Assembly: GCA_965603825.1 (NCBI GenBank)
Contig: CBFDEM010000003.1
Coordinates: 372,001 to 436,000, forward strand
Source: Blepharisma stoltei ATCC 30299
Taxonomy: Eukaryota > Protista > Ciliophora
Reading direction: 5' to 3'
DNA length: 64,000 nucleotides
Below, one piece after another: positions 1-13,102 of this stretch. Position numbers and translations under genes: made by a program. The notes beneath the pieces were generated by a model. It saw nothing but the letters and a program-made list of their open reading frames with translations. It was not told the DNA's origin and made no database searches. Within the stretch, counting starts at the first letter, position 1. The number at the start of each line of letters is the position of its first letter.

Positions 1-3000
1 TTCTCATGCTTATAGTGTTCAGACGTGTTAAAAAGCTCTTGCTCAATACGAATTATTTTAGTATTATATTCTTCAAGTGTATTTTCACATTTCAAATAAT
101 CTACAATAGACTGAGATTTATTTCTTATATCTATTCCTTTTTCATATGCCAAATATAATCCCTGAGAAGCTTCTTTGCATTGGGCTTCTGACAACGGTTC
201 TTTATTGATGAACCTCTGTATTATATTGAAAGAGTTATCAAAGCTTTGATTGATTTGCTGTCAGCTCTTCTGAAGAAACTCAGTAAATTCAGTTCATAAA
301 CATTCAGAGTTTATATAAGAAATTTCTTTGCAGATTTTTAAATAATTAAATGCATGATTTGCCTTCGTTCAATTAAGTGTATTTTCCTTAGTCTGAGTGC
401 TTTTGATTTGTTTTTCTTCTTCGTTTGCAGATGTTTTAATTTCATCAATATCTTCATGATAATTTTCTTCAAATGAGTCAGTTTTCAAGTTATTTTGATC
501 CTCATTAAATGATTTTGAGTCTTCCTTTTCATGAAGAAATTCACTAGTAATTTCATGTAAAACTTGATTAATACTACTTTCAAATTTATTACAGTAGCTT
601 TCTCCAATCTTTTCTAATGATGGTATGAACTCTTTTAAAGTTTCAATTGATTTCATTTGATTCACTAAATCAAAGGCTTTTTTAATTGAACTGGAGTGTT
701 CGATGCTTAAGTCAATATATTTAAATTTCGAATCAATTTCATCCACGAAATTCATAATTTCTTGGTTAATTTTGCCTAATTCTGATTCGAAAACACCAGG
801 GCAGTATTTTTCAAATCATTCCCCTTCTTTTAATCCTGCTAGAGAGATAGATAGTAATTTAAAATCTATTCTTTCAGAGTTTGCGAAACTATTAAGAATC
901 TCTTTAATATTATTCTTAAACCTCATCATTTTTCGTTCTATTTCAAATTTAAGACCTTTATGTGCAGCACTCACTTTTACCTCAATTTCATTAATTTTTG
1001 TTAGTAATTCCATTTCTTCAAAAATTGCTTTAGCAGCTGATAAGCCACAGGTATCATTATCTTTTATGATATCAAATATTTTTGCACTTAGTTTATTATA
1101 ATGATCAGAATATTGCTCTACTGCATTTGCGATAGAGGACTCTAAGTTTTCAATGTCAATAATCTCTTTGAACATATCTATTTCTTTAATATTGCTCAAA
1201 ATTTCGAAATGATTAATTATAGTATCAATATCATTTTCTTCAGTTTTATCCTTAGCGTATAATGGCGCTAAATTCCCAACTACAGCCAATATAGAAGATT
1301 TTATTATTTCTAAGAGTTCTTTATATTTTATGTCTAAATCACTCAAATTCAAGTATTCCCCAATATTTTTTAAGTATGTTTTAACTTGTCTGATGTTACT
1401 AGAACATAAATTAAAATCCTTAATTTCAAAACTCTTTTCTGCTTCCTTTATCATGTTAATAATAAAATTTTCATATATCAGCTTTAATTCAGAATTTTTC
1501 CCATTAAACTCTTCGAAAAATTCAGCAATAAGACTCAAATTTTTTAGTTTAGCTTTAGCAACTTCAATATCAAAATTTTCAATATTATTTTTTTCATTTC
1601 ATTTGAGCTGCTGCTCAATATTATTCAAGAATTCTTCCGGAGAAGGTGTTTCTCCTTTTAGATGGCTTTCTCTAATTTTTTCTGATTCTTTAATTTCATT
1701 GAAGCTGCACTTATATGCTTCTACTATATCTTTGAGTAAAACATTCTTCTCATGAACTGAACTATTGAATAGCTTAGTAGCAGAATGAAATATTTCATTG
1801 GTTCCTTCAATTACTGAGTCGACGCATTGTTTGTATTTTTCTTCATATTCTTTAAATAAAAAAGATAATGTTTTTAAATCTTCTAGCCTGTCTTTTATTA
1901 TAGAGTAGTCCCTTTTTCGTAGGGCAGTTTCAATCTCTCCTTTATGAATATCAATTTGACTTTGTATTTTTTCTCTTGATTCTGATGTCAAAAAACAATT
2001 GAAAATATGATCAGGATTATCAATAGGAATTATATCAAGTATTTTGTGAAGAATATGTTCAGGGTTATCAGTTAATGGGTAAATCACGTTAATTTCTTTT
2101 CTTGTTTTTTCCTCAATATCTTCTATTAACTCTCTTGAGAGCGAATCATGACTATCATCAGTGAGTAAATTATTAATCCTTCCGTGGATATTTTCTATTT
2201 CATCTTTATCATATTTAGTAAAAGCATAGCCAAATGATTGCGAGTATTTTTTTAATCCAGGACAGAATTTAGAAAGAGAATTGGCTAACTTTTTAAACCC
2301 TTGAAATCTATCACCATCAGCTTTACCGCTTAGTAAAATTAGTGGCCTTACGCTTTTACATTTTTGTATTGCATTAGCAATTCCTATAGTATTTGCTATA
2401 TCTACTTCAGCACCTGCAGTGTCCATTAGTCCTGGTGTATCGCAAACAAAAATTTCTGATTCTGTTGGGATTTTTACTGCAGTTATGTGCTTGGTTTCAG
2501 ATTTATAAAGGTTAGAAACATTAACCTTCTTGAGTGCCTCATCATTTATTAAAAAAGGGATAATATGTTCGATACCATTTTCTTTTACTTTCGTGAGCAT
2601 GGATCCAGCTAGGAAATGGACTGTGGTAGATTTTCCACATCCTGTTGACCCAATCAATAAAATTATATCCTTATTTTCTAGATTTTCAGTCATCATTTTT
2701 GATTTTTCTATGAGTCTAAATAGCTCTTTAAAATTTATAGGGCTTACATTTCTAATATTTTTTCTAATGGCTCCGATTGCAGACTCCCAAGTTTGTTTTT
2801 CTGAGTACTCTTTTAAAGTATTAGCAAGTTTACAATCTATTTTTTCATCAGGTCTTTTCGCTAATTCATTAAGAATTTCAAACTCTTGGTCTAAATCTAT
2901 TTGGTTTATCTTTTCCAAGAGCAATTGTGGTAATTCAAAATTAAAAGACTTTGAGGAAAAATAGCATAAAATTTTTGATAAATGCTTTTCTAGACTCTCT

Positions 3001-4208
3001 GCCATTGATGCAGCGTCTTCATAAAGATCATCTAGGAAATTTATTTTGCTTTGGATATAATTTATTTCTCTTTCTTTTAGAGTCTTAACCACTAATCTAT
3101 CGCGAAGTGAGCAAAGATATTCAAGCTCTTCTAAAGTCTCTTCTGCTTTATCTACTAATATTTTCTTTTTTAGTTTCTTATACATTTTAATATCTTTATT
3201 TGTATCTTTTATCTTTTTAAGCAAACCTTCATGATTTTTAATATTGTATTTTGCAAGCCTAAGTTTAAATTCTTCTTCAATATTTATTTCTATGTTTGCG
3301 CTATCTAAATCAATTTTTGGTTTATCAATTGTTTCATAATTTATAGAGACTTTTTCAAAGTAAGTAAGCAATTTGTTCAACTCTATCAATATTTTTTCTT
3401 CCTCTCTTGCTTCTTCATGATTTCCTTTTTCCATCCAAAAATTAAAATTTTCTTCAGAATCTTGGATTTTTGCATATAATTGCTCTTTATCGTTAATCTC
3501 GTGCTTTGCGAAACCCTCTTGTATTTTTTGTTGTAAATCATGTAAATCTTCATCCCTGGGATCTTGAGCAAAGCTAATTTTGCCTTCAGTTAGCTGATCT
3601 AGTTGCGATTGCTCTTCTAAGTTCATTGAGCTAATTGCTTCATTTTTCTTTTCTTCAAGAAGGGGCTCTTTGGTTTCATCAATAGCTTGAGAAATAAATT
3701 GAGATTCATTATCATCAGGCTTAGCTGTATCATTATTTATTGGCTTTTCATCAAAGTATATATTTTTCTTTATCTCTAAATTCAGGTCAGTTTTAGACCC
3801 TTCTATCATTTCTAACTCATTATCTGTAATGTTCCATGATTCTTCATTTATCTCTTGGAGAATAATCTCAATGCTAACATCTATAATTTCTTCGCCGTTT
3901 TCTTTGATTGAGATAACCTGCCTGTCCGGGAAGTTTTGATTGAGACGGATATTGGCGGATCCGAGCTCAATTAAATCTGATGAAAGAGCCTTTAATATTA
4001 AGAAGTCTTGATCATATTTTTCGACTTCTGAATAAATTCGCCATGATTTATTTAGAATCTCATTATCTGATTGGTGAACAAATTTTCCTGTCACTTCGTT
4101 AAAGAGTTGAAATTTGAGTTCAAGACTGGAGCTGATCTTAAGAGTATTCTTTATCTCAACATCAATAACGTTGAATATTAACACTTCAGGTTTCAATTTT
4201 TCCACCAT
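1..4208 (-). CDS. Large P-loop GTPase (AIG1/TRAFAC-like G domain) with putative N-terminal C2-like domain and long helical C-terminus; 3' end outside the window
   Basis: ORFs 1599-4208, 816-1538 and 369-755 are in one frame, joined by TGA (1599, 816, 369, 294), and the frame stays open to position 1. Motifs: G1 GSTGCGKST, G3 DTPG, G4-like TKYD. Confidence 0.8.
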
Positions 4209-5015
4209 TTATATTATTATAAGCTATTCAAATATTGGGGGCTTAAGTGAACATAAAAGATGAAAATATGGCGAAATTTTAGTGCCAGTCATAACTTTAG
4301 ACAAAACTTAGTGAAAATAAACTAGGAGAAAGAAAAATTGAGCCGCTTTTTTGCTTAAAATTGATTTATCTTAATAAATGAGTATTAAATAAATTATAAA
4401 AAAAAATAAATTGATTTTAGGCAAGCACATAGGCTTTATATTAATTCTCAAATTATCTTTCTATTTCTTTGATAGTAGAGAGATATAATCAAGCTCTCAT
4501 GGGTGAGCAAAAATAGCCCATTTTTATAGGTAAATAGGAAATTTTCTAGCCACAGTCTTATTACATAATTGAGATTTAGAAAATGCAATAAAAAATTAAA
4601 AACATAGAGCTTTAACATCTATTTTTAAGAAGTAATTGAAGCAATTTAGGCTTTATTTGAAAGGTTTAAGAATTAATAAATAATAATAATGAATCATGAT
4701 TTTAGATAAAAAATTATATTCATTCATATAAAAATCGCATTTATTATAGAATTTCTAAGGACTCAAGAAAATTTACTAATAATTCTCTATTAATATCTCG
4801 CTTAAATCAATTAAAAATATGTAAAAAATGATAATTCAACATTGATGTTTTAAAAATCAACATATTTTTTCAATTTTAATCTCTTATATTATTAAGCCAA
4901 TTTTTGTGTCTTGCAATTTTATACTTTCCTGAGTTATACAAGCTAATATTTTTACGATTTTAGGAGATGCAATAAGCAGTCTCTATAGATTTTATATTGA
5001 AATAAAGTTTGATAA

Positions 5016-6023
5016 ATGGAAGGGAAAGCTCAAGTATTAGAAACCCCTGACTACCAAAAAACAATTGAAGAAATAAATGAAGAAATAGAGCCAAAAGTCT
5101 TCTCACAAAGTTTAGGAATTGAATCAAAAACTCGAGATAAGTCTTTGACAGAAATTTTCGATTATTTTAATTCCTTAGTGAGAAAACAAACTAAATATAA
5201 TTATGTTAAAGAACAAAAAGAAATAGTTGATAGATCCGACAAAGTAGTCATGCTAGAGCAAGAATTAGAATCAATAAAAGAAGAACTTGGAAGACAAGGA
5301 ACAGATTTAAATGAGAACTCTGAACTTTATAGCGAGATATCAGAGCTAGGACTTTTACTAGAAGAAGTCAAAGGAAAAATAGAAATAGCCTCACACATTC
5401 AAATTAAAAATTCTAAAATCAATTTTAATTCTGCAAGAGAACAATTGGAAGCAACTGGAAATGAAAATTTATCAGGAGGATTTTCATTTGAAATCCAATT
5501 AAATGACTCTGAAGAAAAAAGCCGAATTGCAAGACTTGATAATAAAGTGAGAGAGCTCGAATTTATAATCGGAAACTGGAAACAATCTAAGCCAGCTAAT
5601 GAAAGTCTAGCTGATTTTATAGCAAAAACTAGATTTATAAACTCCGATTTACTAGAAAAACTCACAGATCAAGCTAGGCATTTAGGAACTGACCTTGATA
5701 TTATGCTTTCAGGACGAACCTCAATTCAAGCATCTCCAGACTCAGTCGAAGCCATCAAAAATTTGCATCGAGACACTTTTTCCCATTTAACCGAAATTTA
5801 CAATCTCCCTCAGCTGATTGATAAAATAAAATATTCAGCACCTATTTACGCAACACATTTAGAGTTAGATTCACAGCTGCTAGACTTAGAAACAAATGCA
5901 GACTCTTTGCTCTCTGAAATAAATCAATCAAAATCTGTTATTGACGACTTATCAGAAGGGATTGAACACAACAGAAACTCAATTTCTAGCAACATCGCAA
6001 TTTTAAACCAAAAAATCAAATAA
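5016..6023 (+). CDS. DCTN2: Dynamitin (dynactin p50)-like coiled-coil protein
   Basis: 335-aa coiled-coil ORF. V(L)ETPD near the N-terminus and SRIARLDNKVRELEFIIG resemble dynamitin; recognised by eye only. Confidence 0.6.
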   Translation: MEGKAQVLETPDYQKTIEEINEEIEPKVFSQSLGIESKTRDKSLTEIFDYFNSLVRKQTKYNYVKEQKEIVDRSDKVVMLEQELESIKEELGRQGTDLNENSELYSEISELGLLLEEVKGKIEIASHIQIKNSKINFNSAREQLEATGNENLSGGFSFEIQLNDSEEKSRIARLDNKVRELEFIIGNWKQSKPANESLADFIAKTRFINSDLLEKLTDQARHLGTDLDIMLSGRTSIQASPDSVEAIKNLHRDTFSHLTEIYNLPQLIDKIKYSAPIYATHLELDSQLLDLETNADSLLSEINQSKSVIDDLSEGIEHNRNSISSNIAILNQKIK

Positions 6024-6031
6024 ATATTTGC

Positions 6032-8356
6032 TTAGAGATTATAAGAGGAAAATATAATTTTTGTTTTCTCTTCGTCTAAACTTGCTTTTGAAACAAGTTC
6101 TCTAATTGTAGCTTTTTCTGATTTTGATAAAAATTTAATTGTTGTGTTTATACGACTAGTTGACAATAACTCTATTAAAAATCCAGAAATCCAGTCAGAA
6201 TCGAGCTCAGTAAGTGTATTGATGGATTTGATTATAGTTGAAAAGACTTCTGGGGACATTTGATTGTTTTTGAAAAGGTCACTTATGTTTTGTGGAGAAA
6301 GATTCTAAATATTTCTTACATGGATAAATTCATAAAGTTGCTGAGGGTTGTTCTTGAAGGAGTTTATAGTTACCTCAAAAGAAGTCGAGTTTTTTGGGGA
6401 TTCGAAAGATCCTAGCTGCTCAAAAGCTTGCTTCTTTGCTTGTGAGATTGTTTCTTCTGAAAATGTCGTCGCTTTTGGTTTTGGCAATTTTTTCTCTGCA
6501 GGAGGCATTTTTATTTCCCTAGGATTTATCTCTGTAGGAGTCTTGATTTCTTCTGCGACTCCACTAAACCCGACATGTCTTGGGCTTTCATCAACCTTTT
6601 TTCCCTCTTTTTCTTCTTCATTTTCTTTTGCTATTTTTTCAGCTTCGATAGCAGATTTCATCAAATTATCGAACTCTTTTTTGGCTACTAAATTAGATGG
6701 TTCGATTTCTGTGACCATTTTCATATGTTTTGCGGCATTTTTAAACAGTCCTGTGTTTCCTTCAGCTTTAGCTAGCCTATAAAGAGATTTTACATTCCCT
6801 GGGTCAACTTCAAGCACTTTTTCACAGTCTTTGATGACTTCTTTATTGCAGTCAAGTTTAAGGTAAGCAAGAGCCCTGTTGTTATGCAGCTGAATAATCA
6901 AGGAAGTTACTCTAGCATCTTTAAGCTGTGCCTCTTTACTGATATTGACTTCGATTTTTTCAATTCCAGTAGAAAATTCAAGAATTGCTTCATCAAATTT
7001 TTCTTGTTTGAAATATAAATTTCCAGCCTCTTTAAGCTTTTCTATTTGTTGAATAAGCCCTTCAAGTGTTTGCAAATCTTTCAAGACTTCTGCTTCTTTA
7101 TCGTTAGCCATTTGACCTGCATATCGCTGAAGTGCTTTGCTTGCTTGAATATTGCTAGGGTCAAGCTCTTTAACACAGATCATATCTGCGCGTGCTTTTA
7201 AAATTTGTTCTTTTTTCTCATAGGCTAAACCTCTTCTTAAATAAGCTTTAGATTTCGCAATATTATCAATTGGAGATTGCTCCAAAGCTAAAGAAGAATA
7301 TTCAATTGTTTTATCATCATCGCCTTGCTGCATATAGCTTGCTGCGATATTATTGTATAGTGCTGCTTTTTCATTAGCTAGCAAGCTGGAGTTTTCTTTT
7401 GTTAAATCTATAAGTTCATTTGCGGCTGATAAATAGGTGTCTATAGCTTTGCCATATTTTCCTTGGGTATAGTACTCATTGCCTTGCAGTTTCAGTTCTT
7501 GGGTCCTAGAAAGTATTTGTGAAGACTCACTACCAGTATCAAGCAGTTTATCAGCTAATGGCTGTTCTTTTATTTCTTCCTGATTATTTTTTTGATCACT
7601 TTCTTTTTGCTCCTCATTTTCTTCTTCTTCCTCTTCAACTATTTGGATTCTTTTAAACCCTCCTGTTTTATTAACTTCATCTCTGCATTTTTTTAAATCA
7701 GCATTGGCTTCAGCATTTTCTGGTTCTTTTTCAACTATAAATTCGAAATCTTTTAAAGCTTCTCTATATTCTTTTAATTCAATATATGCTTTTCCTCTTC
7801 TGTTATAAGCTTTAACATAATTAGGATCCAGCTTAATAGCTTTGTTGCAGTCATCCACTACTTTTTGATATCTTTTTAGCTTTAAGCCTGCTAAAGCTCG
7901 GTTGCAATAGATTGCGGCATTGCTGGGGTCTAAAGCTTCTGCACGATTGTAGCACTCTATAGCTAATTCAAATTCTTTTGAGCGGGTATAATCATTTCCT
8001 TTGCTTTTTTCTTCTTCGGCTTTTTGCATATTAATCTGTTTTGTTTGAGTTTCAGCCTTGGAGAGCTCTTCTTCTTTTTTCTTTAATTCTTCCATTCACT
8101 CTTCAAGATCTTCTGAGAGCTTCTTCATCTCTTCTGATGAGGCTTCATTAGTTGGCTTTTTGCTATGTAAAAGTTACAATTTTGGATCTAAAGATTCAAG
8201 TTTTGCCTGGATAGCATTTTCCAGGGCTTCAAACCCGCCTTCTTGCTTTAAAGCTTTAAGAGCTTTTTGAAGCTCTTTTGGTTTGTCTGTTTTTTCTACC
8301 CATTCAAAATCCACTTTGAGAATATCGAAATCTGGCTTCGTAGTCCTTGGATCCAT
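6032..8356 (-). CDS. SPAG1: SPAG1/RPAP3-family TPR co-chaperone (three TPR clusters plus RPAP3 C-terminal domain)
   Basis: ORFs 8174-8356, 6305-8095 and 6032-6259 join through 15-nt introns (8163-8177, 6305-6319) and one TGA=W (LEE-W-MEE). Carboxylate-clamp TPRs (KGNDY, YCNRALA, KAYNRRG). Confidence 0.85.
6305..6319 (-). other. 15-nt spliceosomal intron GTAAGAAATATTTAG
   Basis: GT-AG ends, A at position 10; removal restores the frame into the RPAP3_C region. Confidence 0.9.
8163..8177 (-). other. 15-nt spliceosomal intron GTAACTTTTACATAG
   Basis: GT-AG ends, A at position 10; removal deletes an in-frame TAA and gives DPKFKKPT. Confidence 0.9.
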
Positions 8357-8857
8357 TTCTTTTCTATACGAATTATATTATTGATTGGGAATAATATTTT
8401 AATGTAAATTTAAAGATGCAAGCTCCAATTCATCCTAATTTATCATTTTTATTATTTAAATATACTAAAAATTAACTTTGATCAAATCAAATACGAAAAA
8501 TAGCTTTTAATTATACGTGAAATTTTACTAAATTTTACATCAAAAGTAAGGTTAAATAGATTTTAACACTCAATTAGTAAGCGTTAGGTCGCTAAATAAA
8601 CTGAATAAATAATCTCTCTAACAGCAAATAGCTAAAAGACAAATTAAGTTATAAGAAAAAGGAAAATTGTGACGTAATAGCTTAACAAATAAGTGTAATA
8701 GCTAATTTATTGTTAGAAGCTAAAAATATTTTAAATGAAGTTCATTATCCTTTGTAAAGATAAATCAAGCAATAAAGCGATATCAGCACTAATATCTCCT
8801 CCTCAACTGTCATTACTAAATCATTAAATATTTTATTTGTTTTAATAAAAGCCATTT

Positions 8858-10510
8858 ATGATCCCACATTCTTATAGTGAAATTCCAGACTCTATCCAAG
8901 CAATCTTAAGTATCCCTCCAAATAAAAGATCTTTAAGTGATATTGGCTCATTAATGAAAGCTACCTCACATATTAAATTTTTTCAAGATCTCATTGAAAG
9001 AGAAAAAAGCAGCAAAATTCACCAATCTCTATGCAAAGTTTTAAGCATTAATGAATATAAATCAGGGAAAAATGTTTTTAAAGTGGGAGATGTAGCAAAT
9101 GCTGTATTTTTTATATTGAAAGGCCAAGTAAGAGTTCTTGTTCCAGGAGATGCAGAGTATCAATATGATATTAAAACAGACTTAAAAGAAGGGCCAAATT
9201 TAGATGAACAATCTCCAGTGGAGTTTCATTCAACAAGAACTCGTGCTAAAACAATTTGTTTGCCACCAAGTCAGCTGTTACGTAATTATGTCCAAATGAA
9301 AATTTTCAATAAAGATATTGTTGCTGAAAATAAAAAACCCACCTTTATTTTCCCAATAAAACAGCCAGGATATAAAGAAATAGCCACTATTGGCCCAGGA
9401 GCCTCTTTTGGAGAATTAGCTCTACACAGCGAAAAGCCACGCAACGCAACTTTTGAATGTTTAAGACCGACAGTTTTAGCCGTTTTAAGTAAAGAAGATT
9501 ATCAATCAGCAGCATCCTTGCATGAAAAAGCAACAAGTGAGAAAATTGAATTTTTGCAGTCACTTCCAGAATTTTCAGCCTGGACAAGACTAGCTTTATT
9601 CAAGCTTTGCTACTGTTTTAGTACACTTACTTTAAAGCGTGGCAACGTTTTATTTAACGAAGGTGATCCTATTGATCAAATTTATATCATTAAAGAAGGA
9701 GAGTTAAAATACACCAAAAAATTTTGTGTAGAAGTCCCAAACTCATCTTATATAGATACCTTAGGCCAGCCTTATAATAAAATTAAAAAAATGAGATCTC
9801 CACAAACCCGTAGAATGAAAACATTACAAATTGTAATAAAGCAAAAAGGGGATATGTTTGGATATGAAGAAATATGAAATAAAAAAAATAGCAGGCAGTT
9901 TACCTGTGCATGCGTTTCTAATTCGGCTGAGATTTTTGCGATAAGCGAGAAAGAATTTTTGAAGAGAATAATGCATCCTGAATCAATAAAAGTGTTAGAT
10001 GAACATAATAAAATTTTGAATAATTGGATTGAGAAAAGGACAGAAAATCTCCAAGATATGGAAAATTATAAAGATAATATAGCTTTTACACCTGCACATA
10101 AGTTAAAGCAGCCTTCTAATACTGTTGATATGATGACTCAAAGACAATCAAAACCCAATTACTACTCAGTAGAATCTACACCAAAACAAGCTAAAAATCT
10201 ACCAAAAATTTTGATGTCACAATCTACTTCAACCTCAACAAAAAGTCCTAAGTCTTCAAGCCTCTCAAGACCACGGATTCGAGATTTAGAAGATAAGCCT
10301 GAGTTTTCATACTTTTCTATGTTTAACACTGAACTTACTGAAGATAGTTCAGTAAGTCCTTACAAGCATAATGGAAACACCAAAAGATTTAATGAGGTGT
10401 CCATGACTAGCAGAACAGAAAAAAACCTTAATATGAGTTTCAGCCCCACTAAGTTGTCATCATCTAGGCACAGAAGAACAAATAAATTGAATAGAAGCTT
10501 CATATTATAA
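8858..10510 (+). CDS. Cyclic nucleotide-binding domain protein (two cNMP domains, low-complexity tail)
   Basis: GASFGELAL...PRNAT phosphate-binding cassette; second domain LFNEGD...GDMFGYEE. TGA at 9875 read as W joins 9959-10510 in frame. Confidence 0.85.
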
Positions 10511-10551
10511 TGAAATTTTATCTATATAGTCCTTTTAATTAAAATTTGCTT

Positions 10552-11613
10552 ATGGGTTGTTGCAGTTCCAATTTAAAAGAAAGCCAGCACCAAAAGTTTT
10601 GTATATTTATGAAAGAATGCATAACAAGAAGCGACTTCAAAGGTATTGAATCTCTAGTAAGATCAAGTAGGGGAGAGACATGGCTTGATGAAAAAATTAC
10701 AATTGCTAAAGGGCTTTCTCTTAATGCTTTAGGGTTCGCGCTCTGGCTGGGGAAAATAGATATTTTTGTATTTTTACATACAACTTTTAAAGCTGATTTA
10801 TTACAGTGTGAATTAATTTTAGAAAAACAGTCTACAAGCATACTCGAAATTATTTGTAAACAGGGCTATGGAGAATTGATGGATTATTATCTACCGATTT
10901 ATTTAGAAAATTTTCATGATAATGCTCACTCAAAGGCCGTTGAGAGCTTGACTATTGATTTAGAAAAGTCTAAGCTATATGATTACAAGCCTAAAGGAAC
11001 TTATACACCTATCCAAATAGCTTGTGAAAAAGGCTATATTAATATATTGAGCTCTGTGCATACTTTCTTTAAAGAATATCATTATTGTCCAAGCCAGCTT
11101 GATATTGACTATCAAGATGAAAAAACTGGCGAAAATTGTGCTTTGATAGCTTGTAAACAAGGAAATTTTTCTATGATAAAATTTTTGCATGAAGTTTGTT
11201 CGGCAAATTTCAAAGCCATTAACAGAAAAAATGAAGGCGCTTTACAAATCCTTGCAGCAGCAAGCAAGAAAAAACCTGCACAAGGACTGTATACGTGCTT
11301 TGAATACTTAGTTGAAACTGTCAAGGTTGATGTTATGTATATGTATGAGGAAACACTTTTATTGACTGATAATAAAGCTATTATAGGATATATAGAAAAT
11401 AAATTGCTTTCTAAAGGAGTCAGAGTAAAAAAGGTAGAAATTGAAGCAAAAATAATGGGAGAAAATGCTTCGCAAGCAAATTTTTCAAATGATAGTATTT
11501 ATTTAGACTTGAAAAAATGCTTAGATAATGATGACGATAAAAAAAGCATGCCAAGCTCTGTTTTTCCTGTAGAAAATGATACAGGTTTTTGTAGTTCTAT
11601 ATCTATCATATAA
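10552..11613 (+). CDS. Ankyrin-repeat protein with N-terminal MGCC dual-acylation motif
   Basis: TPIQIACEKG and CALIACKQGN ankyrin motifs. ATG at 10552 gives MGCCSS. Confidence 0.8.
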   Translation: MGCCSSNLKESQHQKFCIFMKECITRSDFKGIESLVRSSRGETWLDEKITIAKGLSLNALGFALWLGKIDIFVFLHTTFKADLLQCELILEKQSTSILEIICKQGYGELMDYYLPIYLENFHDNAHSKAVESLTIDLEKSKLYDYKPKGTYTPIQIACEKGYINILSSVHTFFKEYHYCPSQLDIDYQDEKTGENCALIACKQGNFSMIKFLHEVCSANFKAINRKNEGALQILAAASKKKPAQGLYTCFEYLVETVKVDVMYMYEETLLLTDNKAIIGYIENKLLSKGVRVKKVEIEAKIMGENASQANFSNDSIYLDLKKCLDNDDDKKSMPSSVFPVENDTGFCSSISII

Positions 11614-11634
11614 TTCTATAACCTAATTAAAACT

Positions 11635-12803
11635 TTATTCGTTATCCTGATTTTCATCCTCACTATCGCTTTCTTCAAGCCAGTTTCCGAACTCCTCAAT
11701 TCTTTTCTTTTCTTCAGCTTCATCTTCTTTTGACTAAATATCTCATACTCTTCTATAGTCGCTTTTTCCATCCCAAAACTCACATTGTAGCACCCTTTTA
11801 GCATACATTCTCCCATTTAGTGTTTGAATGCACAGTTCAGCTTCAATAGCTTTTTCAAATTTTATCTCTACCACTCCTTCAGGATTATGCTCAAAAATCC
11901 TCATTCTTTGTACTTTTCCAATATTGTCTTCAATTTCCCTCAACAAATCTATTCTTAAGTCCTCAAAAAATGTCGCTGATTTTTTTGCTTCTTCAATCTC
12001 AAATACATTTTTGATTATAACAATCCTCAATCCTTTAGCTTCAGTCTCGTCTTCATTTCACCCTGATTGTCTTTCCTTTAATGTCTTCGCTTTGATTAAC
12101 TGTAACTTGTCGACGTTGACTTTATTTCTTGGAATATAGTCTCCTTTTTGTTTAAATTCGGCCTAGAAGTTTAATTTACGGGTTCAAGCTGTAGACGGAA
12201 TCCTGGCTCAATTTCTTTGCTCTGTAAAATTGATATGGCCATAGCGACACTTTCGTCATGGGCATAGGATACTAGCCCATCACCTTTAGGCTTTCCTTGA
12301 CTGTCTTTATATATTTTCACTTTAGGCTGCCCAGTGAATTTATCAAGACGGATTGCGCCTGCTTTAGAGAAAAGCTCGATTATTTTTTCGACTGTAATGT
12401 CGGTGGGAAGACCTGAAACGTAAAGGTTAGTGTTCACTTTAGGCTCATATCATTTACTTTTCTTTTTTTGTTGCTGGCGCTTGCGTTTTGCTTTTTTTTG
12501 TCCAAGGATTTTCTAAATTGGGATTACTTTTTCTTCTTCAGATAAAATTTTTGGTTTTTCCTTGATTGGCTCATCTGGTTTCATATGAAGAGCGAGCTCA
12601 GTGTCTTCTTCTGCCAAACTTTGGATGAATTCTTGGATTTTTCCAATTGGTGTTCAATCTGTCATTCCATCTTTTCATACAAGTGAAGAAAGTCCAAGCT
12701 CTTCAGTTCTCAGAAGTGCATCAATATCTCGAAAAGCAACTGGCCCTTCACTTTGCCCTTCATCATTAACATAGTGCCAGATTGGTTGAAAATCTTGATC
12801 CAT
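11635..12803 (-). CDS. HTATSF1: Tat-SF1/Cus2 U2 snRNP factor (GYF_2-like domain, RRM, UHM)
   Basis: Three tiny introns (12513-12527, 12163-12179, 11734-11748) and several TGA=W. NTNLYVSGLP, PKVKIYKD..GKPKGDG, CEFWDG, and RIEEFGNWLE after splicing. Confidence 0.9.
11734..11748 (-). other. 15-nt intron GTATGAGATATTTAG
   Basis: Removal gives DYRR-SKEDEAEEKKRIEEFGNWLE, the conserved Tat-SF1 tail. Confidence 0.9.
12163..12179 (-). other. 17-nt intron GTAAATTAAACTTCTAG
   Basis: Removal gives LEP-AEFKQKGDY, matching the Tat-SF1 motif after the RRM. Confidence 0.85.
12513..12527 (-). other. 15-nt intron GTAATCCCAATTTAG
   Basis: GT-AG ends, A at position 10; removes an in-frame TAG. Confidence 0.85.
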
Positions 12804-13102
12804 AATATGAAAATTAATAGAAATTAATATTTTCACAAATAAATAGAATAAATAACTGTAAACTAATTCTCTCATGAGAATTCTATTAAATTATTACCAT
12901 TTTTACTTCTTCCTTAGCTTCTAAGCTTTTTTTCAACTTAGCCTTTTCTTCTCTTGATAAGAAAATATTTTCTATTTATATACTTTAAGCTAAAATAATT
13001 ATTTCCCATAATAATTTTCTTTTGAATATTTTCCTATTACTTTTTTTAATAAAATTGAAATTTTATGCTATTCCTGACAAGAATTATTTTATCACAATTT
13101 AA

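Noticed and set aside
4209-5015. Long AT-rich spacers (also 8357-8857, 27167-27715, 50445-51003, 52575-53083) as possible IESs, MITEs or RNA genes
   Set aside because: No terminal inverted repeats, tRNA cloverleaf or telomeric repeats were recognisable by eye; probably promoter or UTR DNA.
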